Positions 40,008 to 49,579 of a DNA stretch of 64,000 bases are shown in pieces; within the stretch, counting starts at the first letter, position 1; each line of letters begins with the position of its first letter. The DNA is from Acidobacteriota bacterium (GTDB taxonomy: Bacteria; Acidobacteriota; UBA890; WLXD01). The notes under the pieces are model-generated. The model had not been told where the DNA came from and ran no database searches. It saw only the letters and a program-made list of their open reading frames with translations. The stretch lies in the NCBI GenBank assembly GCA_965205505.1, contig CBDBHB010000006.1, positions 448,001-512,000 on the forward strand. Direction: 5' to 3'. The translations under genes and the position numbers were made by a program.

Positions 40008-41396
40008 ATGCACCGGCAGGCACGGAGCGCTGCTACTGGGACGTCGATCGCGGCGATCCTGACCGTGACGGTGCTGACCCCACGAGTGCAACTCAGCACC
40101 GAGGACATCGCGTCAGCCGCACCCACGGTGCAGCTAGCGGCGACCGAGGCGGCGCAAATCGAGCTCGGTGCGCTGGTCAGCACCTTCGAGGAGCTCTCCG
40201 GAGCTCCGCAACGACGCGCCGACCTGGGCTGTCGCGACCTGCGCTCCCAACGATGTCAGGTGAACCTCGCTCGCGTGGGTGCGCTGTATGTTGATCTGCT
40301 TAGCCGCACGCGGGGAGTACAGCGACACGCGCTGGAACCATCAGGCAGGATCGATCTCGATGTGCTGGAGTGGCGGTCGCGGCTCGCCGTGGCACGGTAC
40401 CTCGACCTCGACTCCAACGGGTTTGACCAGCTCGGCTACGCGGCGCATATCCTGCGCCACACCGGACAGGAGCGCGACCCCGTTGAGCTCCATGAGCTCG
40501 GGCTGCGAGAGATCGAGCGGATCCGCAAGGCAATGCTGGATCTGGTTCATGCGCAGGATCCTGACGCCGATCTCGACGCGTTTCTCGAGGCAGCCCGAAC
40601 CGACGGCCGCCTCTTTGCCGGCTCGCGCGAAGAGCTCAGGTCAATCGCCAGGACGATCGCCGCTCGCATAGAACGCCGACTGGGCTCGGCGTTCAACGGG
40701 ATTCCGACTGTCCCCTATAGCATCGAGCTGTTGCGCCGAGGAGAGCGCGGGTTCATGGCCCAGTATCGCCAAGGCAACGAAGGAATCCGGGGTCGGCACG
40801 TCGGCTACGTCCTGCTGAACTCAGATCCTCGCCAGGTACCGCTTTTCGTGCTCGAAGCATTGTTGTTGCACGAAGCCATGCCTGGGCATCACCTACAGGC
40901 GACGTGGGCCACGGCTCACGCCGAGGACTCCCGCTGGCGTAGGCGCTTCGCGATGACAGCCTTCGTTGAAGGTTGGGGGCTGTATGCCGAGAGCCTCGGA
41001 GCTGATCTCGGCATCTATCGCCACCCCATGACCGAGTTCGGCCGCCTGAACCTGGAAATGTGGCGCGCTATTCGGCTGGTGGTGGACACCGGACTGCACG
41101 CCTTTGATTGGGATCGTCGTCGAGGCGAGGAGCTGTTCCGCAAGCACACCGCGTTACCCGACGAGCAGATCCGCATCGAGGTGCGCCGCTACCAAGAAAA
41201 CCCTGGCCAGGCAGTCGCTTACAAGGTGGGTGAGCTGAAGTTTCGCGAACTTCGGGCTGGCGCCGAGAAGGCGCTCGGTGCGGGCTTCGATCTTGGAGCA
41301 TTTCACGATGCGGTGCTGGCCCACGGCGCTATTCTGTTGCAGTCGCTCGACGACCAGGTCGACGATTGGGTGGCCACCGCCGCCCAGGGAAGCTAG
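40008..41396 (+). CDS. DUF885-family protein, shortened in its N-terminal half
   Basis: HEAMPGHHLQ, EGWGLYAE, RLVVDTGLH and PGQAVAYKVG motifs. Confidence 0.8.
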   Translation: MHRQARSAATGTSIAAILTVTVLTPRVQLSTEDIASAAPTVQLAATEAAQIELGALVSTFEELSGAPQRRADLGCRDLRSQRCQVNLARVGALYVDLLSRTRGVQRHALEPSGRIDLDVLEWRSRLAVARYLDLDSNGFDQLGYAAHILRHTGQERDPVELHELGLREIERIRKAMLDLVHAQDPDADLDAFLEAARTDGRLFAGSREELRSIARTIAARIERRLGSAFNGIPTVPYSIELLRRGERGFMAQYRQGNEGIRGRHVGYVLLNSDPRQVPLFVLEALLLHEAMPGHHLQATWATAHAEDSRWRRRFAMTAFVEGWGLYAESLGADLGIYRHPMTEFGRLNLEMWRAIRLVVDTGLHAFDWDRRRGEELFRKHTALPDEQIRIEVRRYQENPGQAVAYKVGELKFRELRAGAEKALGAGFDLGAFHDAVLAHGAILLQSLDDQVDDWVATAAQGS

Positions 41397-41534
41397 TGTC
41401 CTGACTCAGGGCACTAGCAGGCCGAGCTGTCGATCCCGCGAGCATCACCGCAATGCCGCCTCGCCGCTCCGCGCCCCGCCAAGCCCCGGCGGTCGCGTTG
41501 GCAGACGACGGACACGAACGATACCTTTTCGCGC

Positions 41535-43061
41535 ATGAAGGAGATCCAGCGTATCCTCGTTGCGAACCGAGGCGAGATCGCAGTGCGTATCATTCGTGCC
41601 TGCCGCGATCTCGGCATAGAAGCGGTAGCAGTTTACTCGGACGCCGACCGTGAGGCGTTGCATGTTCGCCTGGCGAACCGCGCCTATCGGCTGGGGCCCG
41701 CGGCGGCGTCCGAGTCTTATCTGCGCATCGATCGGTTGATCGCGATCGCCATCGAGGCGAACGCCGATGCGGTGCACCCGGGGTACGGCTTCCTCGCCGA
41801 GAATCCCGACTTCGCGCGCGCCGTCGGTGATGCCGGCTTGACCTTCATCGGCCCTCGACCCGAGGTCATGGCAGCGGTAGGCGATAAGAACCACGCACGC
41901 GAGATCGCCCGCGAAGTCGGCGCACCGACGGTACCGGGAAGCCCTGGACCCCTCGAAACTACCGACGCGGCCATCGCTGTTGCCGAGCAACTCGGCTACC
42001 CGGTGCTGTTGAAGGCTGTCGCCGGCGGCGGCGGAAAAGGCATGCGCCAAGTAGACGGCCCCGACGAGATGGAATCGGCTTTTCGTGCCGCTACCAGCGA
42101 GGCCAGCTCCGCGTTCGCTGATGGGCGCGTCTACGTCGAGAAGATGATTCTTGAGCCACGCCACGTCGAGATCCAGCTGCTCTGCGACGAGCACGGCAAT
42201 CGCATCCATCTGGGTGAGCGCGAGTGCTCGCTGCAACGTCGACACCAAAAGGTTGTTGAAGAAGCTCCATCGCCGGCGCTCGACGACGACCTGCGCGACC
42301 AGATGGGTAAGGCGGCGTTGGCGATCGCCGCCAGGGTCGACTACACGAACGCCGGTACGGTCGAGTTTCTGCTTGATACCGAGGGCAGGTTCTACTTTAT
42401 CGAGCTCAACGCGCGGCTTCAGGTCGAGCATGCCGTCACCGAGATGGTCACCGGCATCGACATCGTCGCGGCCCAGATCGCGGTCGCCCGGGGCGAGCAG
42501 CTCCCATGGGACCAGCGCGACGTGCGCGTGCGGGGCCACGCCATAGAGTGCCGAATCTACGCCGAGGATCCGTTCAACAATTTCGCCCCGGCACCGGGAC
42601 GAATCGAGGGACTCCGCGCACCCGGCGGTCCTGGAGTGCGCAACGACTCCGCCCTTTACGATGGCTACGAGGTATCGATCTTCTACGATCCGATGATCTC
42701 CAAGCTGATCGTCTGGGGCGCGGATCGCCCGGCCGCGCTGAGCCGCATGCGACGCGCTTTGAAGGAGTACAAGATCGTCGGCATCTCGACGACGATTCCG
42801 CTTTTTCAACACATCATGCAGGAGCCAGCATTCCTCGCGGGGAACTTCGATACTGGCTACCTTGATGGCCTTCTCGGCGATTCGGGCCCGCTCGGACCGC
42901 GTCATCTTCGCCATGCGGAGCTCACCGACATTGCCGCGATAAGTGCCGCGTTGCACGCCTTTCGACGCGAGGAGACTCGCGCTTTCCAGCTCCGCAACGG
43001 CGGATCGTCGGCCTGGAAGGTGGCGGGGCGAGAACGAGGCTTGCGGGGAATCCCCCGATGA
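41535..43061 (+). CDS. accC: Biotin carboxylase subunit
   Basis: ANRGEIA, HPGYGFLAEN, GGGGKGM and RLQVEH motifs. Confidence 0.95.
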   Translation: MKEIQRILVANRGEIAVRIIRACRDLGIEAVAVYSDADREALHVRLANRAYRLGPAAASESYLRIDRLIAIAIEANADAVHPGYGFLAENPDFARAVGDAGLTFIGPRPEVMAAVGDKNHAREIAREVGAPTVPGSPGPLETTDAAIAVAEQLGYPVLLKAVAGGGGKGMRQVDGPDEMESAFRAATSEASSAFADGRVYVEKMILEPRHVEIQLLCDEHGNRIHLGERECSLQRRHQKVVEEAPSPALDDDLRDQMGKAALAIAARVDYTNAGTVEFLLDTEGRFYFIELNARLQVEHAVTEMVTGIDIVAAQIAVARGEQLPWDQRDVRVRGHAIECRIYAEDPFNNFAPAPGRIEGLRAPGGPGVRNDSALYDGYEVSIFYDPMISKLIVWGADRPAALSRMRRALKEYKIVGISTTIPLFQHIMQEPAFLAGNFDTGYLDGLLGDSGPLGPRHLRHAELTDIAAISAALHAFRREETRAFQLRNGGSSAWKVAGRERGLRGIPR

Positions 43062-43591
43062 TCATCGAGGTCGACATCGAGGGTGAAGACGGCGTGCGCC
43101 GGTACCGGGTACGGCGGGACCGCGGCGCCATCCGTATGTGGCGGCTTTCCGTCGCCGACTCCGATGAAAACGCTTTTGAGGTTCAGATCGATTGGCGGAT
43201 GCCCGAGCCTGGCAACTACTCCCTGCTCGTCGACGGCCGCTCATATGATGTACACGTCGACGAGATCGATGAGGACCCCGAGCTGCTGGAGCTGCACCTG
43301 CTAGGCGCTGTGGTCCGCGCGCGGGCCTCGGACGCCCGACGACGCCGAATCGCCCCGACGGGCACCGAACCGGACGGCACGGTCTCTGTGACGGCACCGA
43401 TGCCGGGGCGTGTGCTCAAGGTGCTCGCTCCGCGAGGCACCGCGGTAAGGCGAGGTGATGGCATCATCGTTCTCGATGCCATGAAGATGGAGAACGAGCT
43501 CAAGGCGCCGCGCGATGGCACCGTGGTAGACGTGGTCGTCGAAGAAGGGGCGGGCGTGGAGCGCGGCGCCGTCTTGGCGATCATCGAATGA
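43058..43591 (+). CDS. Biotin carboxyl carrier protein
   Basis: APMPG and AMKMENE biotinyl-Lys motif. Confidence 0.9.
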   Translation: MIIEVDIEGEDGVRRYRVRRDRGAIRMWRLSVADSDENAFEVQIDWRMPEPGNYSLLVDGRSYDVHVDEIDEDPELLELHLLGAVVRARASDARRRRIAPTGTEPDGTVSVTAPMPGRVLKVLAPRGTAVRRGDGIIVLDAMKMENELKAPRDGTVVDVVVEEGAGVERGAVLAIIE

Positions 43592-44397
43592 ACGACGCGA
43601 TGATCTACGGCCAGGAGCCACGGCCGTCCGGCCCATTTCGGATGGGCGATTGGTCGGTCGATCCGTCTTCCGGCACCGTCACGTGCGGCCAGGCGGAGGG
43701 GCGGTTGGAGCCCAAGGTCATGGAGGTGCTTCTGCAGCTCGCCGGCCGTCCAGGAGCAGTGCTCTCCAAGAACGAGCTGATCGACGCCGTATGGCCTGAC
43801 AGCATCGTCGGCGAAGCAGCGCTGAGCCGCTGTATCTCGGAGCTACGCCGGGCTCTCGGCGACGACGCGCGGGAGCCGCGATACATCGAGACGCTGCCCA
43901 AGCGCGGGTACCGGCTCCTGGCGGATGTGCGGGCGGTGCCCGTGCGCGAGCCAGCCCGCAACGTAGTCGCACCACCGGTACGCAGTAGGCGGTCGTGGCA
44001 AGTGTTGCTGGCCGGCACGATCGCGGCGGCGCTGTTCGCCGCCTGGTGGGCGGCGCGGCAGCCGGCAAGTGTGCCGGGAAATATCGAATCGCTTGCTGTG
44101 TTGCCGCTACGGGCGCTCTCGGATGACCCCGAGCAACGGTTCTTTGCAGAGGGACTCACGAACCAGCTGATCACGCAGCTCGCCACGGTGCGGACGCTCC
44201 GCGTCGTGTCGGGCCTGGCGGCGCGTCAGGCACGCGACGCCGACGCGGCACTGGCGTTGCTGGAGATGGCCGCCGAACGACGGTCGTTGCGCCTTGCCGC
44301 GATTCTGGAGGATCCGTATCTGCGTCAGCTACGAGACAAGACCCGCTTCAAAGCGCTTCTCGCAGGGATGGCGCTGCCGCTGGGCGATGATCGGTAG
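43588..44397 (+). CDS. CadC/OmpR-type winged-helix regulator, apparently lacking its TPR region
   Basis: LEPKVMEVL, ISELRRALGD and IETLPKRGYRL; TM segment; SLAVLPL TolB-like start. Confidence 0.8.
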   Translation: MNDAMIYGQEPRPSGPFRMGDWSVDPSSGTVTCGQAEGRLEPKVMEVLLQLAGRPGAVLSKNELIDAVWPDSIVGEAALSRCISELRRALGDDAREPRYIETLPKRGYRLLADVRAVPVREPARNVVAPPVRSRRSWQVLLAGTIAAALFAAWWAARQPASVPGNIESLAVLPLRALSDDPEQRFFAEGLTNQLITQLATVRTLRVVSGLAARQARDADAALALLEMAAERRSLRLAAILEDPYLRQLRDKTRFKALLAGMALPLGDDR

Positions 44398-44506
44398 ACG
44401 AGGATCGTACGGTCGTTCCCACCCTGCGCAGGCCTGAGGTGAGCCGGCGGATACAATCCTGGATCACCGACGTCCGCCAGCGCGCCACCATCAGCCGGAT
44501 GTACCC

Positions 44507-45601
44507 GTGACCCCACGTTCCGGCGCAAAAGCGCCACTCTCGCTTACCACTCCACCGCCGATCACCGACGGCCACGGCTTCGGTGCCATCGTTGGTCAGG
44601 AGTCTGTGATTGGCGCACTCCGGCGAGCTCTCAGCAGTGCGCGGCTACCACACACGCTGTTGTTCGCCGGCCCCCCCGGCGTGGGCAAGGCGACCTGCGC
44701 AGGCATCGTCGCGCAGGCGCTCAATTGCGCCGAGCAGGGTCCGGCCGATGCCTGCGGAGAGTGCGTATCGTGCCGGAAGGTCGAGCGCGGCCTGCATCCC
44801 GACGTGCTGTGGATGGCACCAGCGCCTCGTACGGTAGGGATCAAGGCAGTGCGCCGCGCTGCTGCTGCGACGGGCTATCGACCGTACGAAGGCCGCCACC
44901 GTGTGGTGGCGGTGGATGAAGCCCACATGCTCACCACCGAAGCCCAGAATGCGTTCCTCAAGACGCTCGAAGAGCCGCCGGCGTCTTCGGCGATCGTGTT
45001 GGTCACGCCGGCGCCAGGAAGCTTGCTGGCAACCGTTCGGTCGCGGTGCCAGTCGCTGCGCTTCTCACCGTTGCCGCAGTCCCTGGTGCGCGCCTACCTG
45101 ACTGACAAACGCGGTCTCGACCCCGACGAGGCGAGGTTGCGGGCGGCCCTCACCCCGGGAAGCATCGGACGTGCCCTGTGCATCGATCTGGACGGCTACG
45201 CGGACCTGCTCGAGGCGGTGGTCGAGGCGTTGCGATCGGCGCAGCTTGGCGGCGCCGGCGTAATTGCTGCGGCCGAGAGCTTGTCATCGATCGGTACCGG
45301 CGAGACGGCGACACAGCGGGCAGTCAGCACGTTGGAGGTCGGCCGCGACATCCTCCGCGACCTCCTGGTGGTATCTGCTGGAGGCGCTCGCTCGAGTCTG
45401 GTCAACACGGATCGATTCGAGGCCTGGAAAGCATGGGCGCAAGACATGGACCCCGACGCGGCGGCTCGAGCGCTCGAGTCGTTGAACGAAGGCATCGATC
45501 GGTTGACCACAGGTATTCAACCCAACGTAAAGCTGTCACTCGAGCACACGCTGATCGCAGTCGGCGAGCGACTCGATGGCTGCCACGTGCCAGTCTCATG
45601 A
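44507..45601 (+). CDS. holB: DNA polymerase III delta' subunit
   Basis: GPPGVGK, Zn motif CGECVSC, HPD, NAFLKTLEEP and SRC. Confidence 0.92.
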   Translation: MTPRSGAKAPLSLTTPPPITDGHGFGAIVGQESVIGALRRALSSARLPHTLLFAGPPGVGKATCAGIVAQALNCAEQGPADACGECVSCRKVERGLHPDVLWMAPAPRTVGIKAVRRAAAATGYRPYEGRHRVVAVDEAHMLTTEAQNAFLKTLEEPPASSAIVLVTPAPGSLLATVRSRCQSLRFSPLPQSLVRAYLTDKRGLDPDEARLRAALTPGSIGRALCIDLDGYADLLEAVVEALRSAQLGGAGVIAAAESLSSIGTGETATQRAVSTLEVGRDILRDLLVVSAGGARSSLVNTDRFEAWKAWAQDMDPDAAARALESLNEGIDRLTTGIQPNVKLSLEHTLIAVGERLDGCHVPVS

Positions 45602-46605
45602 GACCCTTTCTGGGCTGTAGCATGGGCGATCCCGCCGGGATCGGCCCGCAGATCCTGCTCCGCGCAGCTGCCGAGCTCGCGACTGCCGATTGCCTCCTTA
45701 TCGGTGATGCTGCCGTATTCTCCAAGCACGCGGAATGCGCCGGTTTGAACCCTGATAGCTTCCGCGTGATCGACGGGATCGACGCCGCGCAGCGCGCCCG
45801 CAGCACGGGTGATCGCGGTCCGTGGATGCTCCCGTGCACCGCCGCCGCGGAGGGCTTCCGCCCCGGGCACGCGCAAGGAACGCAGGGCCCCGCGGCGCTC
45901 GACAGCATTAACCAGGGCGAGCGCCTGGTACGCAGCGGTGAGGTCGACGCCCTGGTCACTGCCCCGGTCAACAAAGACCTCATCGCTACTGTTGAGCCGC
46001 GCTTCCGAGGACATACCGAGTACCTTGCTGAGCGCGCCGGCGTGGACACACCGATCATGCTCTTCGCCGGGCCTCGCCCGCACATCGCATTGCTCACCAC
46101 CCATCTGCCCACCGCAACCGCGATCTCCCTCATTCGAACCGACTCCGTCGATGCGATGCTGCGCAGGTTGCACATGCGGTGGGCGTCGTGCTTCGGGAAA
46201 CCCCCGGTCATCGGCGTCGCGGCGCTCAATCCGCACGCCGGCGAGCAGGGACGGCTGGGCACCGAAGAAGCCCGCATTCTGTATCCGGCCATCGCCGCCA
46301 CCCGTGCCGACGGCATCGATGCTCGAGGCCCCTATGCCGCCGACTCCATCTTCCTCCGCTCTGAGCTCGACGTGATTCTCGCGCTCTACCATGACCAGGG
46401 CACCATCCTGGCGAAGCGCGCGCCCTGGCCCACGGTGAACCTGACGCTGGGCCTGCCTTACATTCGCACCTCGCCGGATCACGGCACGGCGTACGACCTT
46501 GCGGCATCCGGTACGGCCGATCATCGACCGATACTGGCGGCGATGGAGCTGGCGGCCGAACTAGCGAGGGGTGGAGGGGGGCGGAGAACACACCCATCCC
46601 CTTAG
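45598..46605 (+). CDS. pdxA: 4-hydroxythreonine-4-phosphate dehydrogenase
   Basis: MGDPAGIGP, TAPVNK, GHTE, NPHAGE, YHDQG and RTSPDHGTA motifs. Confidence 0.93.
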   Translation: MRPFLGCSMGDPAGIGPQILLRAAAELATADCLLIGDAAVFSKHAECAGLNPDSFRVIDGIDAAQRARSTGDRGPWMLPCTAAAEGFRPGHAQGTQGPAALDSINQGERLVRSGEVDALVTAPVNKDLIATVEPRFRGHTEYLAERAGVDTPIMLFAGPRPHIALLTTHLPTATAISLIRTDSVDAMLRRLHMRWASCFGKPPVIGVAALNPHAGEQGRLGTEEARILYPAIAATRADGIDARGPYAADSIFLRSELDVILALYHDQGTILAKRAPWPTVNLTLGLPYIRTSPDHGTAYDLAASGTADHRPILAAMELAAELARGGGGRRTHPSP

Positions 46606-46719
46606 GGCAACGTCACCGTTCTTGGTCGATCAGCGTCCTAGCTCGCGCGTCTCGGGCGGAGGTTGGCGAACGGAGGGTGTGGCGAGGTTGCCTACAGGGG
46701 ATGGGTGTGTTCTCCGCCC
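46579..46719 (+). repeat. Structured element A: perfect 24-bp outer stem around a conserved 87-nt core
   Basis: 46579-46602 is the exact reverse complement of 46696-46719; the core is homologous to element B. Confidence 0.85.
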
Positions 46720-46784
46720 AGCACCGTTTTCGCTATCGGCGCCGCTTCAATGGCCCGGCATCGGGGCGTTGATCCGACACCGTA

Positions 46785-46947
46785 GGGGACTCTTGCTACT
46801 CGACGCCGAAGTACGGCGGCGGGGAGCGTCGACTCCAACACCCCGCCCACAAACAAGGACCCCAGAGGGGTCCGAGGACTGCGGCTCGCCCTCGGTGCCG
46901 CGAACGTCAGCGCGTTCAACACCGCCTCCTCTTCAGCAGGAGTCCCC
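46785..46947 (+). ncRNA. Putative structured RNA, class unknown (6S-like not excluded)
   Basis: 13-bp closing stem GGGGACTCTTGCT/AGCAGGAGTCCCC (G-U pair works on + only); several internal hairpins. Confidence 0.4.
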
Positions 46948-46997
46948 CTGTAGGTTCTGAGTCGGGAGCGGGAGCAGTCTCCCCCACGGTGTGGCTA

Positions 46998-47138
46998 GCG
47001 CGATGGGTGGCGGTGTGCGTGAAGACAGCCTCGCCACACCGACCGTTCGGAGGCCGACGCCCGAGACGCGCGAGCAACCCAGCCGATCTATCACCAAGCG
47101 GTGACGCTGTCACTCACGCACACCGCCACCCATCGCGC
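46998..47138 (-). repeat. Structured element B: perfect 25-bp outer stem around a conserved 88-nt core
   Basis: 46998-47022 is the exact reverse complement of 47114-47138; the core is an inverted homolog of element A. Confidence 0.85.
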
Positions 47139-47600
47139 CTACCTACGCCGTCGCAGAGCCTGCTCCACATCCCGCTCCACCGCCTCGCGCTTCAGGATGT
47201 CGCGCTTGTCATAGTTTTTCTTGCCCCGCGCCACCGCGATCTCCACCTTGGCGCGACCGTTGCGGAAGTAGATGCGTAGAGGTACGAGGGTGAAGCCCCT
47301 TTCTATCTGGCGACCGAACACACGATCGATCTCACGCCGCTTCAGCAAGAGTTTGCGGACGCGCTCCGGGTCGTGCTGATTGTGCTTGCCGGCTGCGGGA
47401 TAGGGGCCGATGTGGAGGTTGTGCAGCCAGACCTCGCCGTCTGTGATCGAGGCGTAGGCATCCTTGAGGTTGGCATTTCCGAGGCGTAGAGACTTCACTT
47501 CGGAGCCCAGCAGGACGACGCCGGCTTCGTACGTATCGAGGAGCTCGTAGTTCTTACGCGCCCGACGATTGTTCGCGACCACCTTTAGGTCCTCGGCCAT
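47139..47600 (-). CDS. smpB: SsrA-binding protein
   Basis: NRRARKNY, EAGVVLLGSEVKSLR, RKLLL and GKKNYDKR motifs. Confidence 0.97.
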   Translation of the reverse strand: MAEDLKVVANNRRARKNYELLDTYEAGVVLLGSEVKSLRLGNANLKDAYASITDGEVWLHNLHIGPYPAAGKHNQHDPERVRKLLLKRREIDRVFGRQIERGFTLVPLRIYFRNGRAKVEIAVARGKKNYDKRDILKREAVERDVEQALRRRR

Positions 47601-47604
47601 AAGC

Positions 47605-48909
47605 CTACAGACGCACGAGGTTCGGCGGCGCTTTCCCTTCGACGACGTTGCGCGTATCCACAACAAGCGGCGACGCAGCAACAACGCCCGCCCAGTCGAT
47701 ATTGCTGTGGTCGGTGCCCACGACGACACAGTCCGCCTCGGCACAGGCCTCGATCAGCCCGTCGATGGAATGCAGTGGACCGAGACCTTCGATGTTTTCG
47801 AGCGCCGGCACGAACGGATTATGGTACGAGACGTCGGCGCCCTTGGCAGCCAGCAGCTGCATGATGTCGATGGCCGGCGATTCGCGCGTATCATCAACAT
47901 CTCGCTTGTACGCCACGCCGATCATCACGACGCGTGAGCCGTTAACGCTCTTCCGTTGATCATTGAGCGCATCAACTACCTTCTGCACGACGTGGTGCGG
48001 CATGCCCGCGTTGATCTCGGAGGCCACCTCGATGAGGCGGGCGTGATAGTCGAGGGTGCGTACCTTCCAGGTCAGCTAGTGCGGATCGATCGGTATGCAG
48101 TGTCCACCGAGCCCGGGCCCCGGGTAGAAGGGCATGAAGCCGAATGGCTTGGTAGCGGCGGCACGGATCACCTCCCACGAGTCGATGCCAAGCCGGTCGC
48201 ATATCAGCGCCATCTCGTTGGCCAAACCGATGTTCACGGCGCGAAACGTGTTCTCGAGCAGCTTCACGAGCTCAGCGACGCGCGGCGAGGACACAGCATG
48301 CACCGTACCCACGATGGTGCCATAGAGCGCCGTCGCCACATGGGTGCATTTCGTCGTCATGACCCCGATGACCTTGGGCGTGTTTTCGAGCGTGAAAGTC
48401 TCGTTTCCAGGATCGATGCGCTCGGGGGAGAAGGCGAGGAAATAGTCGCGCCCGGCTTGGCGTCCGTGGGTCTCCAGCCTCGGCAACAGCACCTCTTCGG
48501 TGGTACCCGGGTACGTGGTGCTCTCGAGAACCACGAGCATGTCGTCGTGCATCGCCTCGGCTACGCGATCGGCCGACGCGACGACATACGAAATGTCAGG
48601 ATCGCGGGTCTTGCTAAGCGGCGTCGGCACGCAGATGTGGACGCTGTCTGCGGTGGCGATGACGGCCGCATCGGTGGTTGCCTCGACCCGTCCGGCCTCG
48701 ACCTGAGCGCGCAGGCGCTCTGAAGCGGTGTCGGGTACGTACGACTCGCCCCGGCGGATCGCCTCGACCTTGGAGTTGTCGATGTCCAGCCCGGTTACCC
48801 GGAAGCCCGCCTCCGCAAAGCTCACCGCCAGCGGCAAGCCCACGTATCCGAGCCCCATGACGCAGACATGGGCGCTGCGATCTTGGATACGAGTGAGGAG
48901 ATCGGACAT
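47605..48909 (-). pseudogene. Nucleotide-sugar (UDP-GlcNAc/UDP-Glc) 6-dehydrogenase with an in-frame TAG at 48076-48078
   Basis: GLGYVGLP, KLLEN, GGHCIPIDPH*LTWK and GVAYK..DTRESP, all in one frame. Confidence 0.88.
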
Positions 48910-49084
48910 TCGCCCGGCAGGATGCGCGCGACCTGCGCAGAAGGAAGGGAACCGGCTGGCAGTATAGGTAGCAGGGTTCGGAACGGGCAAGCACGGCATG
49001 AGACGATGCCGCGGTGCGCGTTCCGCCGACGAGCTCACCGATCGCGCCGACTGCGATCACCCTGGAGCACGTTTGTTGGAAACG

Positions 49085-49579
49085 ATGAGAGCTTACCTGG
49101 GACTGGGTTCGAATGTGGGCAACCGTACTGCGTGGCTTCGTCGCGGCCTCGACGGATTGCGCAACGCCGGACTCCAGCTCGGCTCCGTGTCTTCGTTCTA
49201 TCTGACGGAGCCGGTCGACAACCCGGCGCTTCCCTGGTTCGTCAACTGTGCCGCTGAGGTTCTTCATCCGCCGGCGCCACGTGCGTTGCTCGACGCCGCG
49301 CTACAGGTCGAGAAGGCCTGCGGACGGCGGCGCTCGAGTGCCACGGTCGAGGCGCGAACGCTCGACGTTGACATTCTGCTTTATGATCTTCGCATCGTGG
49401 ACGAATCCGGCCTACAGATCCCACATCCCAGGATGCACACGCGGCGATTCGTTCTGCGCCCACTGGCCGAGCTTGCAGCGGATCTCCTACATCCGGCCTA
49501 TGGCGCGCCCATCAGTGACATGTTCCTGCGACTGGACGCCGCCGAGCGCGTCTGGCTGCTATCGCCGCCGCCTGCTTGA
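49085..49579 (+). CDS. folK: 2-amino-4-hydroxy-6-hydroxymethyldihydropteridine diphosphokinase
   Basis: LGLGSNVG, RTLDVDIL and IPHPRM..RRFVL motifs. Confidence 0.95.
   Translation: MRAYLGLGSNVGNRTAWLRRGLDGLRNAGLQLGSVSSFYLTEPVDNPALPWFVNCAAEVLHPPAPRALLDAALQVEKACGRRRSSATVEARTLDVDILLYDLRIVDESGLQIPHPRMHTRRFVLRPLAELAADLLHPAYGAPISDMFLRLDAAERVWLLSPPPA

Noticed and set aside
46560-47138. tmRNA (ssrA) next to smpB
   Set aside because: No GGGG..TTCGAC 5' end, T-loop/CCACCA 3' end or tag reading frame found on either strand; the resemblance at 46569-46590 is too weak.
48076-48078. TAG reassignment or pyrrolysine
   Set aside because: TAG ends many normal genes here (smpB, pdxA, pccB, rplY), and there are no pyl genes or suppressor tRNA in the window.
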